A stretch of DNA of 64,000 bases. It comes from Octopus vulgaris (lineage: Eukaryota). The stretch is taken from the NCBI GenBank assembly GCA_951406725.2, contig OX597824.1:11966001-12030000 (forward strand), read 5' to 3'. Shown in pieces: positions 1 through 11,902 of the stretch (position 1 is the stretch's first letter; each line of letters opens with the position of its first letter). The notes under the pieces are model-generated. The model was not told the DNA's origin. It did not search any database and saw nothing but the letters and a program-made list of their open reading frames with translations. Both the position numbers and the translations under genes were made by a program.

Positions 1-124
1 CATTAAATTAATACAAAAAAGACCATATGGGTTAAATTTATATTTAAAGTATAATTATAAGAATATAATTGTAATAATATTTATTATATTTTTATAATTA
101 TACTTTATACATATACATATATAT

Positions 125-1071
125 ATATATAAGATGGAAGATGTGTTTGTGTGTGTGTATGTGACAGGCCATTTACTCGATCCCACTTAAAATCAATATT
201 TTTCTTCTGATTTCGTTCATGCTTGGCACTTACATCACTTATGTTCCACAGATGGTTCTACACTCTTTAGATTTTTCGCTTATAGAGTAATGGGGCTTCA
301 TGTGTCAGAAAAACCGCCATTTCTGTTGAATTGGACCTTCGAACATCATGCTTTTAACATGGAGAGTTCTATGTCAGCTGTTCCAGAGTTGGCCATCTGG
401 ACAACTTATTCATGTATGCTCCTGAAGGTAAAGCCAAAAATGTCATCTACAAAGTATCTCTACTGTAGATATTCCTCTACTGCATTCTTCACATCTATGC
501 CAAACTGTAGCCGTTAGCAATCAAACCTCCTACAAGTATTTCATTGCTATTTTGCTTTACTTCCCTGATTGCTGTTAACAGTACATTTCCTTCAATGACC
601 CTTCTTACTTCACGCACGCTGTTTGCTTATAAGTGTGCTCTGACATTTATTTTTGTACATGCTGTTATTCTATTTGTGTGTTTGCTATAAATGTTTGCTT
701 TTCTTTATCACACATGACTTGTCATTGAAAAAAAAACTTCAATGCGGTTGTGTCAGGCATTATGAGAAAAATTAGGACACAGTACAAAACGCTTCGAGTA
801 AGATATAGGATTCCTAATACCTACTGCAATTGTGATCTCATTTCATGGACTTTCATTTATTTCTAACTGCCAAATTTGTGTTCAAGAAAATTTATTCATT
901 ATTTAAGTTGCTTAATACCATATCATAAGCTGCTAATGAAAATAGTAATTATACATTTTACGCTTATCACTTGAAACGACTTCTAACTGCGAGCTAATTC
1001 AACTTAAATCGTCCACAGGAGTGTACCATTATAATAAATTACACCACCAAAAGGACGGGTGCATTTGCTAG
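125..1071 (+). mobile_element. Non-autonomous Helitron-like element
   Basis: TATATAA plus (TG)n 5' pattern shared with the 8339 and 32398 copies; ends in a short GC hairpin then CTAG|T. Confidence 0.45.
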
Positions 1072-1096
1072 TGTGTTTATATATATATATATATAT

Positions 1097-1417
1097 GAGG
1101 GCGCGTGGCTTAGTGGTTAGGGCATTCGGCTCATGATCGTAAGGTTGTGAGTTCGATTCCCGGCGACGCGTTGTGTCCTTGAGCAAGACACTTTATTTCA
1201 CGTTGCTCCAGTCCACTCAGCTGGCAAAAATGAGTTGTACTTGTATTTCAAAGGGTCAGCCTTGTCACTCTCTGTGTCACGCTGATTATCCTCGAGAACT
1301 ACGTTAAGGGTACACGTGTCTGTGGAATGCTCAGTCATTTGCACGTTAATTTCACGAGCAAGCTGTTCCGTTGATCGTATCAGCTGGGACCCTCGTCGTC
1401 GTAACCGGCGGAGTCTT
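1097..1417 (+). mobile_element. tRNA-derived SINE family B (related copy ~43030-43345-; same head with another tail at ~21995-22320+ and ~13420-13757-)
   Basis: A-box TGGCTTAGTGG, B-box GTTCGATTCC, shared body CCTTGAGCAAGACACTT..GCTCCAGTCCACTCAGCTG. Confidence 0.85.
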
Positions 1418-1430
1418 TAAGATATATATA

Positions 1431-2490
1431 TATCTTTTATTTTCATAAAGGCAAGACAGCTGCTGAGGCCCACAAAGAGATATGTGAAGTTTATGGTGTT
1501 GATTACTTAATAGAATGCACATGTCAGAAATATTTTTTTAAATTCCATTTTGGAAATTTTTCACTCAAAGATGTCCAATGTTCTGGTCAACCTACTGAAG
1601 TTGATGATGACTGAATCAAAGCCATAATTGCATCTGATTGTCATATAACTGTGTGAGAGATTGCAGAGAGGTTAAATGTACCATATACAACAATTGAAAA
1701 TCACTTAAAATGTCTTGGACTCGTTAAGAAGCTTGATATTTGGGTTCCACATAAATTGAAAGAGATTCACTTAACACAACGAATCAATATTTGCGATATG
1801 CATCTCAAACACAATGACATCTACCTTTTTTTTAAAACAAATCATCACTGGTGATGAGAAGTGGATTGTCTACCATAACATCATTCAAAAACGATCATGT
1901 TCCAGCACAGACCACATCGAAAGCTGAATTGCATCAACAAAGGTCATGCTGTCAATTTGGTGGGATTACAAAGGTGTTGTGTATTTTGAGCTGCTTCCAA
2001 GGAACCAAACGATCAATTCAGATGTTTACTTTCAACAACTAATGAAACTGGATGAAGCAATCAAAGAAAAACATCCAGAATTGATAAATCGTAAAGGATT
2101 CGTGTTCCACCACGATAACACTAGACCACACATGTCTTTGCTAACTCGTGAAAAGTTATTGGAGCTTGGTTGGGAAGTGATGTCACATCCACCATATAGC
2201 CCTGACCTTGCACCATCAGATTACCATTTATTTTGAAGTTCGTGAAATTCTTTGAATGGTAAAACTTTCAATAATGATGATAACCTAAAATCGCATTTGC
2301 TTCAGTTTTTGGCTGATAAGGACCAGAAGTTCTATGAGTGCAGAATCATGAAGTTGTCAGAAAGAGGGCAAAAGGTCATCAAACAAAATGAAAAATAGAT
2401 AATTGATTACAGTTCATTATTTGTATGAAAAAAAAATGACTTTTATTTCACACTAAAAGACCCCGAAATTACTTTCTTGGCAACCCAATA
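1431..2490 (+). mobile_element. Degenerate mariner (DD34D) transposon with 3' TIR
   Basis: LFYFHKGKTAAEAHKEICEVYG HTH, WVPHKL, IITGDEKW, HHDNTRPH, HPPYSPDLAPSDYHLF; several stops and frameshifts; TIR-like CCGAAATTACTTTCTTGGCAACCCAATA at ~2463-2490. Confidence 0.92.
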
Positions 2491-3062
2491 TATATGTGTG
2501 TGTGTGTGTGTGTGTCTGTGTTTTGTATGCATGTATGTATGTATGTATGCATGCATGTATGTATGAATGCATGCATGCGTGTATGTATCTATGAACGTAT
2601 GTATATATGTTTGTTTGCATGTATGTGTGTATGTATGCATGCATGTATGTATGTATGTATGCATGTATTCATGTATGTATGCATGTATGTATGTGTGTAT
2701 GTATGTATGCATGCATGTATGCATGTATGTATGTATGTCATGTATGTATGTATCATGTATGTATGTATGTATGTATGTATGCATGTATGTGTGTGTTTTG
2801 TGTACATGTATGTATGTATGCATGCATGCATGTATATATGTATGCATGCATGCATGTGTGTGTTATGTATGCATGTATGTATGTGTGTATGTATGTATGC
2901 ATGCATGTATGCATGTATATATGTATGCATGTATGTATATATGTATGAATGTATGTGTCTGTGTATGCATGTATGTATGTATGTATGTATATATGTATGT
3001 ATGTATGCATGTATATATGTATGCCTATATATATATGTATGCCTATATATATATGTATGTCT
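2490..3062. repeat. Compound (TG)n/(TATG)n/(CATG)n microsatellite
   Basis: Direct inspection. Confidence 0.97.
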
Positions 3063-3399
3063 AAGCAAATATGATAGTGAAAAAGGAAAGAATGCTCTCA
3101 GTGATAATAATGTCTGAGAATGAGACTGAAGCAGTCTATTGATAGAAGCAATTAGCAAAAATAGTTTTTAACAAAAAAAATGGTGTAATTTAGACTGTTG
3201 TGTAAATATAGACCAGTATAAAGATTATTCGCCCATTTTTAAGAAAGGGGTAAATATCATATTGTGTTGTCATTTCCTCTCACTTAAAATTCGGGTCTTC
3301 TTTTTTAGAATTGATAACCTCACATTGAGTTCACCCGGTGGTGGGTGTGGATGGGTAAAGGGGGGCTTGGTGAGTGTTTGGCAAGACTCTTTCCTTAGT

Positions 3400-3660
3400 A
3401 AAAGTGGTGGTGGTGTTGAGAGGGTGATCTTGGTGGTGGTGGTGGGTGATGGTGCTTGTTGTTGTTGAAATGGTAGTGGTAGTGGTGGTGGTGGTGGTGG
3501 TGTTGGTGGTACTCGAGATGGAGGTTGTACTGGTAGTTGTGGTAGTAGTGGTGACTGTTGCAGAGAGGGTGGTGGTGGCTGTGGCAGTGGTTGTGATGGT
3601 GGTGGTGGTGGTGGTGAAGAGAGAGAGTGGTGGTAGTGGTGGTGGCAGTGATAGTGATCC
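3400..3660. repeat. (GGT)n-type trinucleotide low-complexity tract
   Basis: Direct inspection. Confidence 0.92.
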
Positions 3661-3969
3661 TCATAGTGTGTGTCTGTGTGTGTGGAGGGGGACTGGGGAG
3701 AGATCTAGTTGTGTTTGAACAATGAAAGGATGTTCTGAGGTTATTCAGAGTGCAATAATATGTGGGGACTAGAAAAATGTTTTGGGTGGGTTGTTCCCCC
3801 CCACCCTTCCCTATGGCAGAGAAGAAGTATGGCTTATGGTTTTTTAGAACCTGTTAACTCTCACATTGTCTGTCTGTCTGTCTCTCTCTTTCTCTCTCTC
3901 TCCCTCTCTCACTTAACTTTTCATTATTACTGATTCATGGTTAGTGATGTCAATAGCATTAGTCTCACT

Positions 3970-4330
3970 CACTATCATCACCATCATCGGCTTACTCACA
4001 ACGCCACCACCACCACCAACACCATTATCATCATCATCATCTTCATCATTCATCTTCATCATCATCATCAGCAGCAGCAGCAGCAGCTGTAGCATCTTTA
4101 CCATATTCATAATTCTTCTCATCGTTATCTTAATCATTGTCATCAGTTTCATAATTATCATTACCATCTTCATCATCATTGTTGTCATCATCATCATCAT
4201 CACCACAACCACTACCAACACCAGCAACAACAACACCACCACCAACATCAACAACACCACTACTACCACCATCACCACCACCATCATCATCATCAACATT
4301 ATCCTCACCACTACTATCATCTTCATTATC
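3970..4330. repeat. (CAT)n/(CAC)n/(CAG)n trinucleotide low-complexity tract
   Basis: Direct inspection. Confidence 0.92.
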
Positions 4331-4629
4331 CCCAAGGGAGCCTCTATGTGGTTGTTCAACCAACTAGAAAATACAGATAACTCTCTCTCAAACCCTACCC
4401 TACCATCTTTAAAAAAAAAATGAGAGAATTGATTCAGAGGGTTTTATCAAAGACTTCAAAGATTTATATTTAATCAACTCACTTGGAAGAAGATCCAAAC
4501 ATTTTATTTGTCCTAGAATAATTCATTTTTGAATCCATTTAGAATCATTGAAATAATGTTCCTTCCTGCCCATGCATGAAAATTTTCATGGCATTAATTC
4601 TCAGCTGTTATGCCTGGTGTACAGATATG

Positions 4630-5784
4630 TACTTCGTACTCTTTGGATTTTTGTTTTCGTGCAGGATAACTGAACACAGAGATCATAAATCCATTCTTCA
4701 TCCATTCCTCCATTCCTCATCACCAGTGATAATGGTCTTCATGAAGTCTGGGTAATTGTTTGCGCAGTCCAACATGTCCTGAGTGATTTCCTTGTGGAGT
4801 TGTTCTCGTTTCTCTGCCAGCACCTTGGGGACATCTCCCAACACACTCTCCACATGCACAAATCCTGCATTGAAATGGAATGCACTAATCTTGTGCTTGT
4901 AATAAAGATGTAAGGTCTGGAACAATCGATGGGTGCAGGTCTTATCCTGTTACATTAAATTATTTGTCGAAGGAAAACCAAAACTTCGAATATCTTCAAC
5001 AGCATAAATAATATTTATTTTTCTGGATTCACAATAATATATATACGTATATTTCCTTCAGGGCGAACCGGTAGCCATGGGCCATGGAGCTAGTCACAGT
5101 AGTTAAATTGTGTGAGCCAAATGCTGTCTCGTTCCAGCGTAGAGTAGCTTCGCCACATGTTGGCTTGCTTGGGAGAGCCATGAGGACGCGTCCGTTCAAT
5201 TCGGCTGCAGCTTCAAAAGAGATCAATACAGCGGGAAATCTTGTTGCTAGTTCTCTGCGCATGCACATGAGGGAACTTCCGGTGGCCCACCAGAAGAAAT
5301 CCAACTCTGCACATGCGCGCTGAAGACTTCCAAAATGGCGTCACTACATGCTTATTCCCACTTCATGAGCAATATCCTGGATTGTTACATTACGGTCTTC
5401 CATAACTATTCCCTGAACCTTCTCAATCGGCTCCTTGTTTCAGCTTGTGGATGGTCTGCAAGAGCATGCCCCACTCTCCACTGAAGTATGAACATGTTTG
5501 AAGCAATTGTACCACTCTATGAGCTCACTTTTTCCCATGGCATCATCACCAAGAGCCTGCTGGATCTTCTGGATGGTTTGAGATTGAGTATCACCAAGCT
5601 TTTGGCAAAACCTATTTCTGCTTGATGCATTTGGTCATCTTGCATGAAAATGAACTACAGGAACAAAAATTTTCACCCACACATAGAAAAAGGATCATCA
5701 TCTCCCACCCAAAGGATTTTGCCCACATTGTATTAGTTTTGGTAGGAAAAAATAAAGTCAGATACCTTTTGAATGCATCTTGTA
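4630..5784 (-). mobile_element. Second degenerate mariner (irritans-like) split by an insertion
   Basis: TIR-like TACAAGATGCATTCAAAAGGTATCTGAC at the right end; HTH remnant FCQKLGDTQSQTIQKIQQA..RPSTS..VTIQDIAHEVGIS (5350-5640); VPKVL..QDMLDCANNYPDFMKTIITGDEEW (4700-4860). Confidence 0.82.
4871..5348 (-). mobile_element. Probable solo LTR (~478 bp) inserted in the mariner
   Basis: TG...CA termini, near 5-bp TSD (TGCAT/TGCTT), interrupts the transposase, GC-rich promoter-like end. Confidence 0.55.
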
Positions 5785-5794
5785 TGTATGTATG

Positions 5795-5835
<41 letters not shown>

Positions 5836-5840
5836 GCAAC

Positions 5841-5923
5841 TTATAAACACGGGCAAGAGAAAAAAATTTTTAATGCCAAATATGCTGGCATTAGAAATTT
5901 TTTTCTCATGCCCATGTTTATAA
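5841..5923. repeat. Inverted repeat (~38-bp arms) in (TA)n
   Basis: TTATAAACACGGGCAAGAGAAAAAAATTTTTAATGCCA versus TGGCATTAGAAATTTTTTTCTCATGCCCATGTTTATAA. Confidence 0.85.
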
Positions 5924-5996
5924 ATATAACCTTTAAAGGTATTTTTTGATATGCTGGCTATTGACAGAATCTTTTTTGAAAAATTTTATCCTATAT

Positions 5997-6042
<46 letters not shown>

Positions 6043-7671
6043 GTATATATATATAAATATATATAATTAATATTAATGTTAGGGAAGTTATGTCTGAGTC
6101 CACAGGGGAGAGAAGTTCAATTTAGTGGTACTAAAATGAATTACTCACTGTATTATATGCATATATATAGATAAGTTTAAGAGACAGAATCACTCTCATG
6201 ATTTGAAATAAGAATTGAAGGTATTAATTTTGATAATTTTAATATTTAGTCCTATATGTACCTATTGTAGGTGGATAATGTCATTCAATGATGATTGAGT
6301 TGCTTGAGGGCGATTCTGTCTCTTTTCTATCTATCTATATATATTATAGATTGCAAATACTCAATGTATATGGTTTGTTTGTACACCAGATTTGCTGCAG
6401 AATAGAACTTGGGGATGACAGTTATAATACTGGGTGTTAAAACACATGAAAGTCATAGACGAGTGAAATAGATAGATAGACAGACAGACAGATACACACA
6501 TATACACATACATACGTGCCTGCACGCACACATACACACAGCTTGACAGACCAACAGATTACACCCAAGTCTACCAGTTAAACCACCACAGTCTGAAAAT
6601 GAAAGTGTGCTTGGACTAAGCCTCGTCTTATTTACATAGCAATACAAAGGTGGCTGTGCAGATTGCTTAAATGGAACACTAACAGAATACATCTGAGATG
6701 AAATTTCTAAACAATTACAATCAGATAATTAATAAACATAATTTTTGAGCCAATCCTGGTGTGGACTTTAATGAAAGCTGAAACTAAGCGACTAGCTGAT
6801 ACAATCTGACATCCTCTCCAGATACTGGGAGCTGTATGGTTTTTAACTTTGGGGTCGTATTTTCACAGTGTGGCTAAATATATGTCTATGGTGTTGGGTG
6901 GGTATAGAGAAGGGCCACAACAAGCTTCATCATCATCGTTAATATCAACAATGGATGATTGGCCATTAAGCAAAATAAGCACATGCTTAAGGCACCAAGA
7001 GAAATGGGGGGGCACCACAGAAATGGTAAATGGTTTACGGCACAAAAGGAAATCACTTTAAACTTGTTAGTCCTTTGGTATTATGTTGTGCTTGAGAGGA
7101 AGATCCATGAAGGTGAACTAAATTGCAGTCACGGCAGATGCTGGTGGCACGTAAAAGCACCCATTACACTCTCGGAGTGGTTGGTGTTAGGAAGGGCATC
7201 CAGACATAGAAAACCATGCCAAATAAGACTGGATCCTGGCAAAGCCTTCCAGCGTGCCAGCCCAGTCAAACCATCAAACCCATGCCAGAATGGACAATGA
7301 ACGTTAAATGATGATGATGATGATGATGAGAAATATAATTTCAAAGTGTTTGTCGCATCATAATGAGAAACTGATTAAAGACTTTGCAATTAAAAAAAAA
7401 GTAAAAAACTTTTCGAATATAAATAAAGTGGGAGTATATAAAAATGAATGTTATTTTCCATCTTACACTCTTTTTACTCTTTTATTTGTTTCAGTCATTT
7501 CACTGTGGCCATGCTGGAGCACCGCCTTTAGTCGAGCAAATCGACCCCAAGACTTATTCTTTGTAAGCCTAGTACTTATTCTATCGGTCTTTTTTTGCTG
7601 AACCACTAAGTTACGGGGACGTAATCACACCACCATTGGTTGTCAAGCGATGTTGGGGGGGACAAACAGAG

Positions 7672-7710
<39 letters not shown>

Positions 7711-8338
7711 CATATACACGACGGGCTTCTTTCAGTTTCCATCTACCAAATCCACTCACAAGGCTTTGGTTGGCCTGAGGCTATAGTAGAAGACACTTGC
7801 CCAAGGTTCCACACTGTGGGACTGAACCCGGAACCATGTGGTTGGTAAGCAAGCTACTTACTACAAAGCCACTCCTACGCCTACAGTTAGTTACAGTTAG
7901 TTTTGTTTCATTTTGAAAAATAAAAATTTATTTTATGGTTTATTATTGTCTATATTTTAAATTATATACATATATCGAGGCACTAAAATCTTTTGAGTGC
8001 TTAGCACCCCCATGGATCTTAATTCAGCCCTGTTTAACATGTAGAAATACAGTGTTTCTACTTGGGGTAGATTTAGAATTAGATGAAATTAGTTCTGGCT
8101 GTAGTAACCATAATAAACAGGATTGAGTCAGTGTGCTGTGCCATATATCAAAGACATTGCGAATATCAATAGTTATAAAGAGTAATCAAGCAGAAAAAGT
8201 GACTGTTTATGGTAGGGTGTGACTGTTTTGAACAAGTGTCAGGTTTTGCGTTAAGGAAATATGAGATCACAACATGCATGAATCCAGCAGGAGAGAACAA
8301 GGTTATTGTTTCCTGCCTCACCTCAAACCTTTTTTCTC

Positions 8339-8620
8339 TCTATATATAAACGGCAAAATGTCTGTGTGTGTGTGTGTGTCCTTTATACAAATCCACAATT
8401 TTTCAGTTAGAGGGCTCACACTTTCTATGGTCATTCAAAACCGTCCAAGGGTGGTCGTGCACATCTTTACATTTCCCCAGTGACCCTGCAAAGCCATTAA
8501 AAAATCAATAGAAGTAACTTTTTTGTGAATTTTCTATCCAAAACCCAATCAAAATGCCTGAAACTTGATACGCCAATTGAATGCCAGCTAGCTGTATGTG
8601 TTGCCGGGTCATAGTGCTAG
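8339..8620 (+). mobile_element. Non-autonomous Helitron-like element
   Basis: 5' TCTATATATAAA plus (TG)n; 3' GCCGGGTCATAGTGCTAG|T. Confidence 0.55.
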
Positions 8621-8916
8621 TTTCTCTATATAACATTTTTTTTTTTATATCATATTCTTTTGAAACCACCACCCTTCCATCTGATCCACTGACTGTTTCC
8701 TTTTTTGTGCTCACCTATCTTGAGTTTGTTCTAGCTCACCATCTCTTCCATCTTTCTTTATCTTCATCTTCCTAATTATTACAACTCACTCTCATAATAT
8801 GGAGTAGCCATGTCACTCCTCTATAACAAGACATCTGTTCTTCTGCTGCTTTCATACTTTAGCCTCTCAGAACCTGGCATAAAGCTACTTCGCCCTCCTC
8901 CCAAACCCCTCACTTA

Positions 8917-9438
8917 CCGTAAATCCTCAAGTATAATCCGCACTTTTATCCCAAAATTTAAAGGTCAAAATCTCTAGTGTGTATTATATACGAGGTTAAA
9001 AATGAAAAATATTTTCTGAGCAATGTTCGAGTCTCTATTTGGTGTCCGGCAATGTTTATTCAGATGCATTTTGTGATGTCGGGTGCGAAAATACCTTAAG
9101 CTAAGCCTGAAAGCAATGAAGTCATAAAAGAATCATCCATAACTTGCAGTAAGCAACATTTATTAAAATAAAAGTATTCAGAACACAGAATAACATGTAA
9201 CAAAAACAATTTGCAAACATATTTACATTCCCATATAACAGTTAAGAACATCACCATTATTGTATTACGCATGCACGGAAGTGTTTGTTCGACTAGGTGC
9301 TGCTGGCTTAATTATGCACGGCTTAAGTTAGAGAAGGGGTGCGTATCATACACAAGGTTTAGGTTTTTCAGAAGTACAGCCCCCTAAAAATCTCCTGTGT
9401 ATTATACTCAAGGGCAAACTATACTCGAAGATTTACGG
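8917..9438. mobile_element. pogo/Tigger-type MITE
   Basis: TIRs CCGTAAATCCTCAAGTATA / TATACTCGAAGATTTACGG flanked by TA. Confidence 0.8.
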
Positions 9439-9837
9439 TATGCATGGAAGTTTTCCTTTTACATGTTGTTTTCTTGTCTTGCAGCTTACTTGATGACCTC
9501 ACTAGTGCTGGTGACACACACAATAAAAAGGTACTCAATACACACTGTAAAGGGATTGGTGTTAGGACGGGTATCCGACCATAGAAAATATGCCAAAGCT
9601 GATTCTGGAGTTTAGTGCAGCCCTGCAGCTTGCCCGACCTCGTCAAACCATTTGAGTCTGCCAACATGGAAAATAGACGTCAAATCAGTGTTTCCCAACC
9701 AATCTTTTTTATCTATAAACCCCTTTAATTACTATTCTATTCTGGTGAATCTCCATAACCATTCAATGTTTAAAAACTAGTTTTATAGACACTTCTTACA
9801 AAATTCCTTTTTTTTGTTTCACACATTTGTTTTTGTT

Positions 9838-10135
9838 TGTTTGTTCCTTCCCGAGCCGTGCCTGGCTCATAAGGGCCATTTTCCCAGTTTCTTGACGTAT
9901 AGGTTCCCCATCTGGACGGGACGCTGGTCCATCGCAGGTGAGCTGCAAGATGCAGGAGGAAAGAGTGAAAATTGTGGCGGAAGAGTCAGCAGAGGTTCGG
10001 CATTACCTTCTGCCGGAGCCACGTTGAGCTTGGGTGTTTCACTCATAAACACACACATTGTCTGGTCTGAGATTCGAACCTGCGATCCCTCGACCGCGAG
10101 TCCGCTGCTCTAACCACTAGGCCATGTGTCTCCAC
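9838..10135 (-). mobile_element. tRNA-derived SINE variant (related copy ~23545-23850-)
   Basis: Minus-strand TGGCCTAGTGGTTAGAGC...GGTTCGAATCTC head; body shared with the 23.6-23.8 kb copy. Confidence 0.75.
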
Positions 10136-11044
10136 ACACATTAGTTTGAACTATGTAAAATGCTCCCTGTCCACACTGACTCAGGGGAATCCAGTCGGTA
10201 CCTGTCAGACAGCTGGAAGTTTCTGAGCAGGTTTTAGAGGCTTTTGCACCCATTTCTGCTATGTGAAAGCCCTACACAGTCCGTCCATGTGTCCAAAACA
10301 CTATTCCAGTCCCAGACCAGTTACATCACCCCAGTGGTCAACTGGTATTTATTTTATCAACCTCAGAAGGATGAAATACAAAGTTGACCTCAGCAAAGGT
10401 CAGCATTGTTTTTCAACTTTGAACTCAGAATATAAAACTGGAAGAAATGCATCTAAGTACTTCATTTGGCATGTCCTACGGATTCTGCCAGGTCACCAAA
10501 TTGTCCTCAATAATAATAACAATAATCAATTTAGCTGTTAAAGTATTTAAACAAATGATCAATAATATTTGTGTGATCTTTTTAGGTAATTACATGTATC
10601 TGCATATAAAATACTAAATCAATAATGCCTGTCATTATATTGAGGTCAGTAATATCTATGTGTGTGTATGTGTTTGTGTACGTACATGTGTGATATTTTA
10701 GGCTAGTAAACCTCAAGGTGCTACCAACAACACAATTACCGTGTTTACAATGAAAATCTATACTTCACTATTTTCGAGCCAAAAATGAGTTTCACATACA
10801 ATAACATTTTTCTTTTCTTTTTTCTTTTACTTGTTTCGGTCACTTGACTGCGGCCAGGCTGGAGCACCACCTTTAGTCGAGCAAATCGACCCCAGGATTT
10901 ATTCTTTGTAAGCCTAGTACTTATTGTATCGGTCTCTCTTGCCGAACCACTAAGTGACGGGGGACGTAAACACACCAGCATCGGTTGTCAAGACACCAGC
11001 ATCGGTTGTTGGGGAGACAAACACAGACGCACAAACATATACAT

Positions 11045-11087
<43 letters not shown>

Positions 11088-11250
11088 CGATGGGCTTCTT
11101 TCAGTTTCCGTCTACCAAATCCACTCACAAGGCTTTGATCGACCCGAGGCTATAATTGAAGACACTTGCCCAAGGTGCCACGCAGTGGGACTGAACCCAG
11201 AACCATGAGGTTGGTAAGCAAGCTACTTACCACACAGCTACTCCTGTGCC

Positions 11251-11652
11251 TTTTAGTTGTACGGTGCTCCTTCGGGCAGAATAAACAAAAATGAAGACGA
11301 TTTACGCTGACCAGACTGTGAGCGTGCCGGACGGAGTGACAGTAAAAGTTAGTTCGAGGCGTGTAACGGTTACTGGTCCTCGCAGAAAACTGTATCGCAA
11401 CTTCCGACACCTTTTCGTCACAATTATTCTGCCTAGGAAGAACCTCGTCAAAGTCGAAAAATACTTAGGTAAGAGGAAAGAATTGGCCGCTATGCGCACT
11501 GTTTGATCAAATGTGTTACTAAAGGGTTCCGTTACAAGATGAGGTCTGTTTATGCCCATTTCCCAATCAACATTGTGGTATTGAATAATGGCAATGCCAT
11601 TGAAATCAGAAATTTCCTTGGAGAGAAATTTACCCGGCATGTGGAAATGATA
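11251..11652 (+). pseudogene. RPL9: Processed pseudogene of 60S ribosomal protein L9 (uL6), 3'-truncated
   Basis: [48 protein letters not shown], then a small deletion/frameshift and [36 protein letters not shown]; intronless, short 5'UTR retained, C-terminal third absent. Confidence 0.9.
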
Positions 11653-11678
11653 CAATAACTTTGTTTGCTTTTTAAACC

Positions 11679-11902
11679 TTTAACCCTTTAGTGTTTAAAC
11701 CGGCCATATCTGGCCCAAATATTCTACATGTTTTATATTCAAACTGGCCAGGTCCAGCCTCTCACACCTAACCTACATTGACATTATAAAGATAAACAAT
11801 CACATCATTGAAACCTCAAAGCTATAAGATAATGCTTGATTCAAAACAATTTGAGTTAAAAGGCACTACATTTAACAGAGTAATCTGAACATTAAAGGGT
11901 TA
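11679..11902. mobile_element. piggyBac-type MITE family 1 (related copies ~38927-39153, ~40250-40412, ~56010-56620)
   Basis: TTAA|CCCTTTA...TAAAGGG|TTAA termini; internal sequence recurs in the window. Confidence 0.7.

Noticed and set aside
1097-1170. tRNA gene calls at SINE heads (also ~10065-10135, ~13971-14040, ~22000)
   Set aside because: The A/B boxes run straight into multi-copy SINE bodies and there is no complete cloverleaf.
1946-2236. Mariner ORF as an active transposase or SETMAR-like gene
   Set aside because: Surrounded by stops and frameshifts, 5' end lost, and no SET-domain exons seen.
2443-4423. Long ORFs rich in MYVC/HTYI or poly-V/I/T/H
   Set aside because: They are translations of (TATG)n, (GGT)n and (CAT)n microsatellites, open in several frames on both strands.
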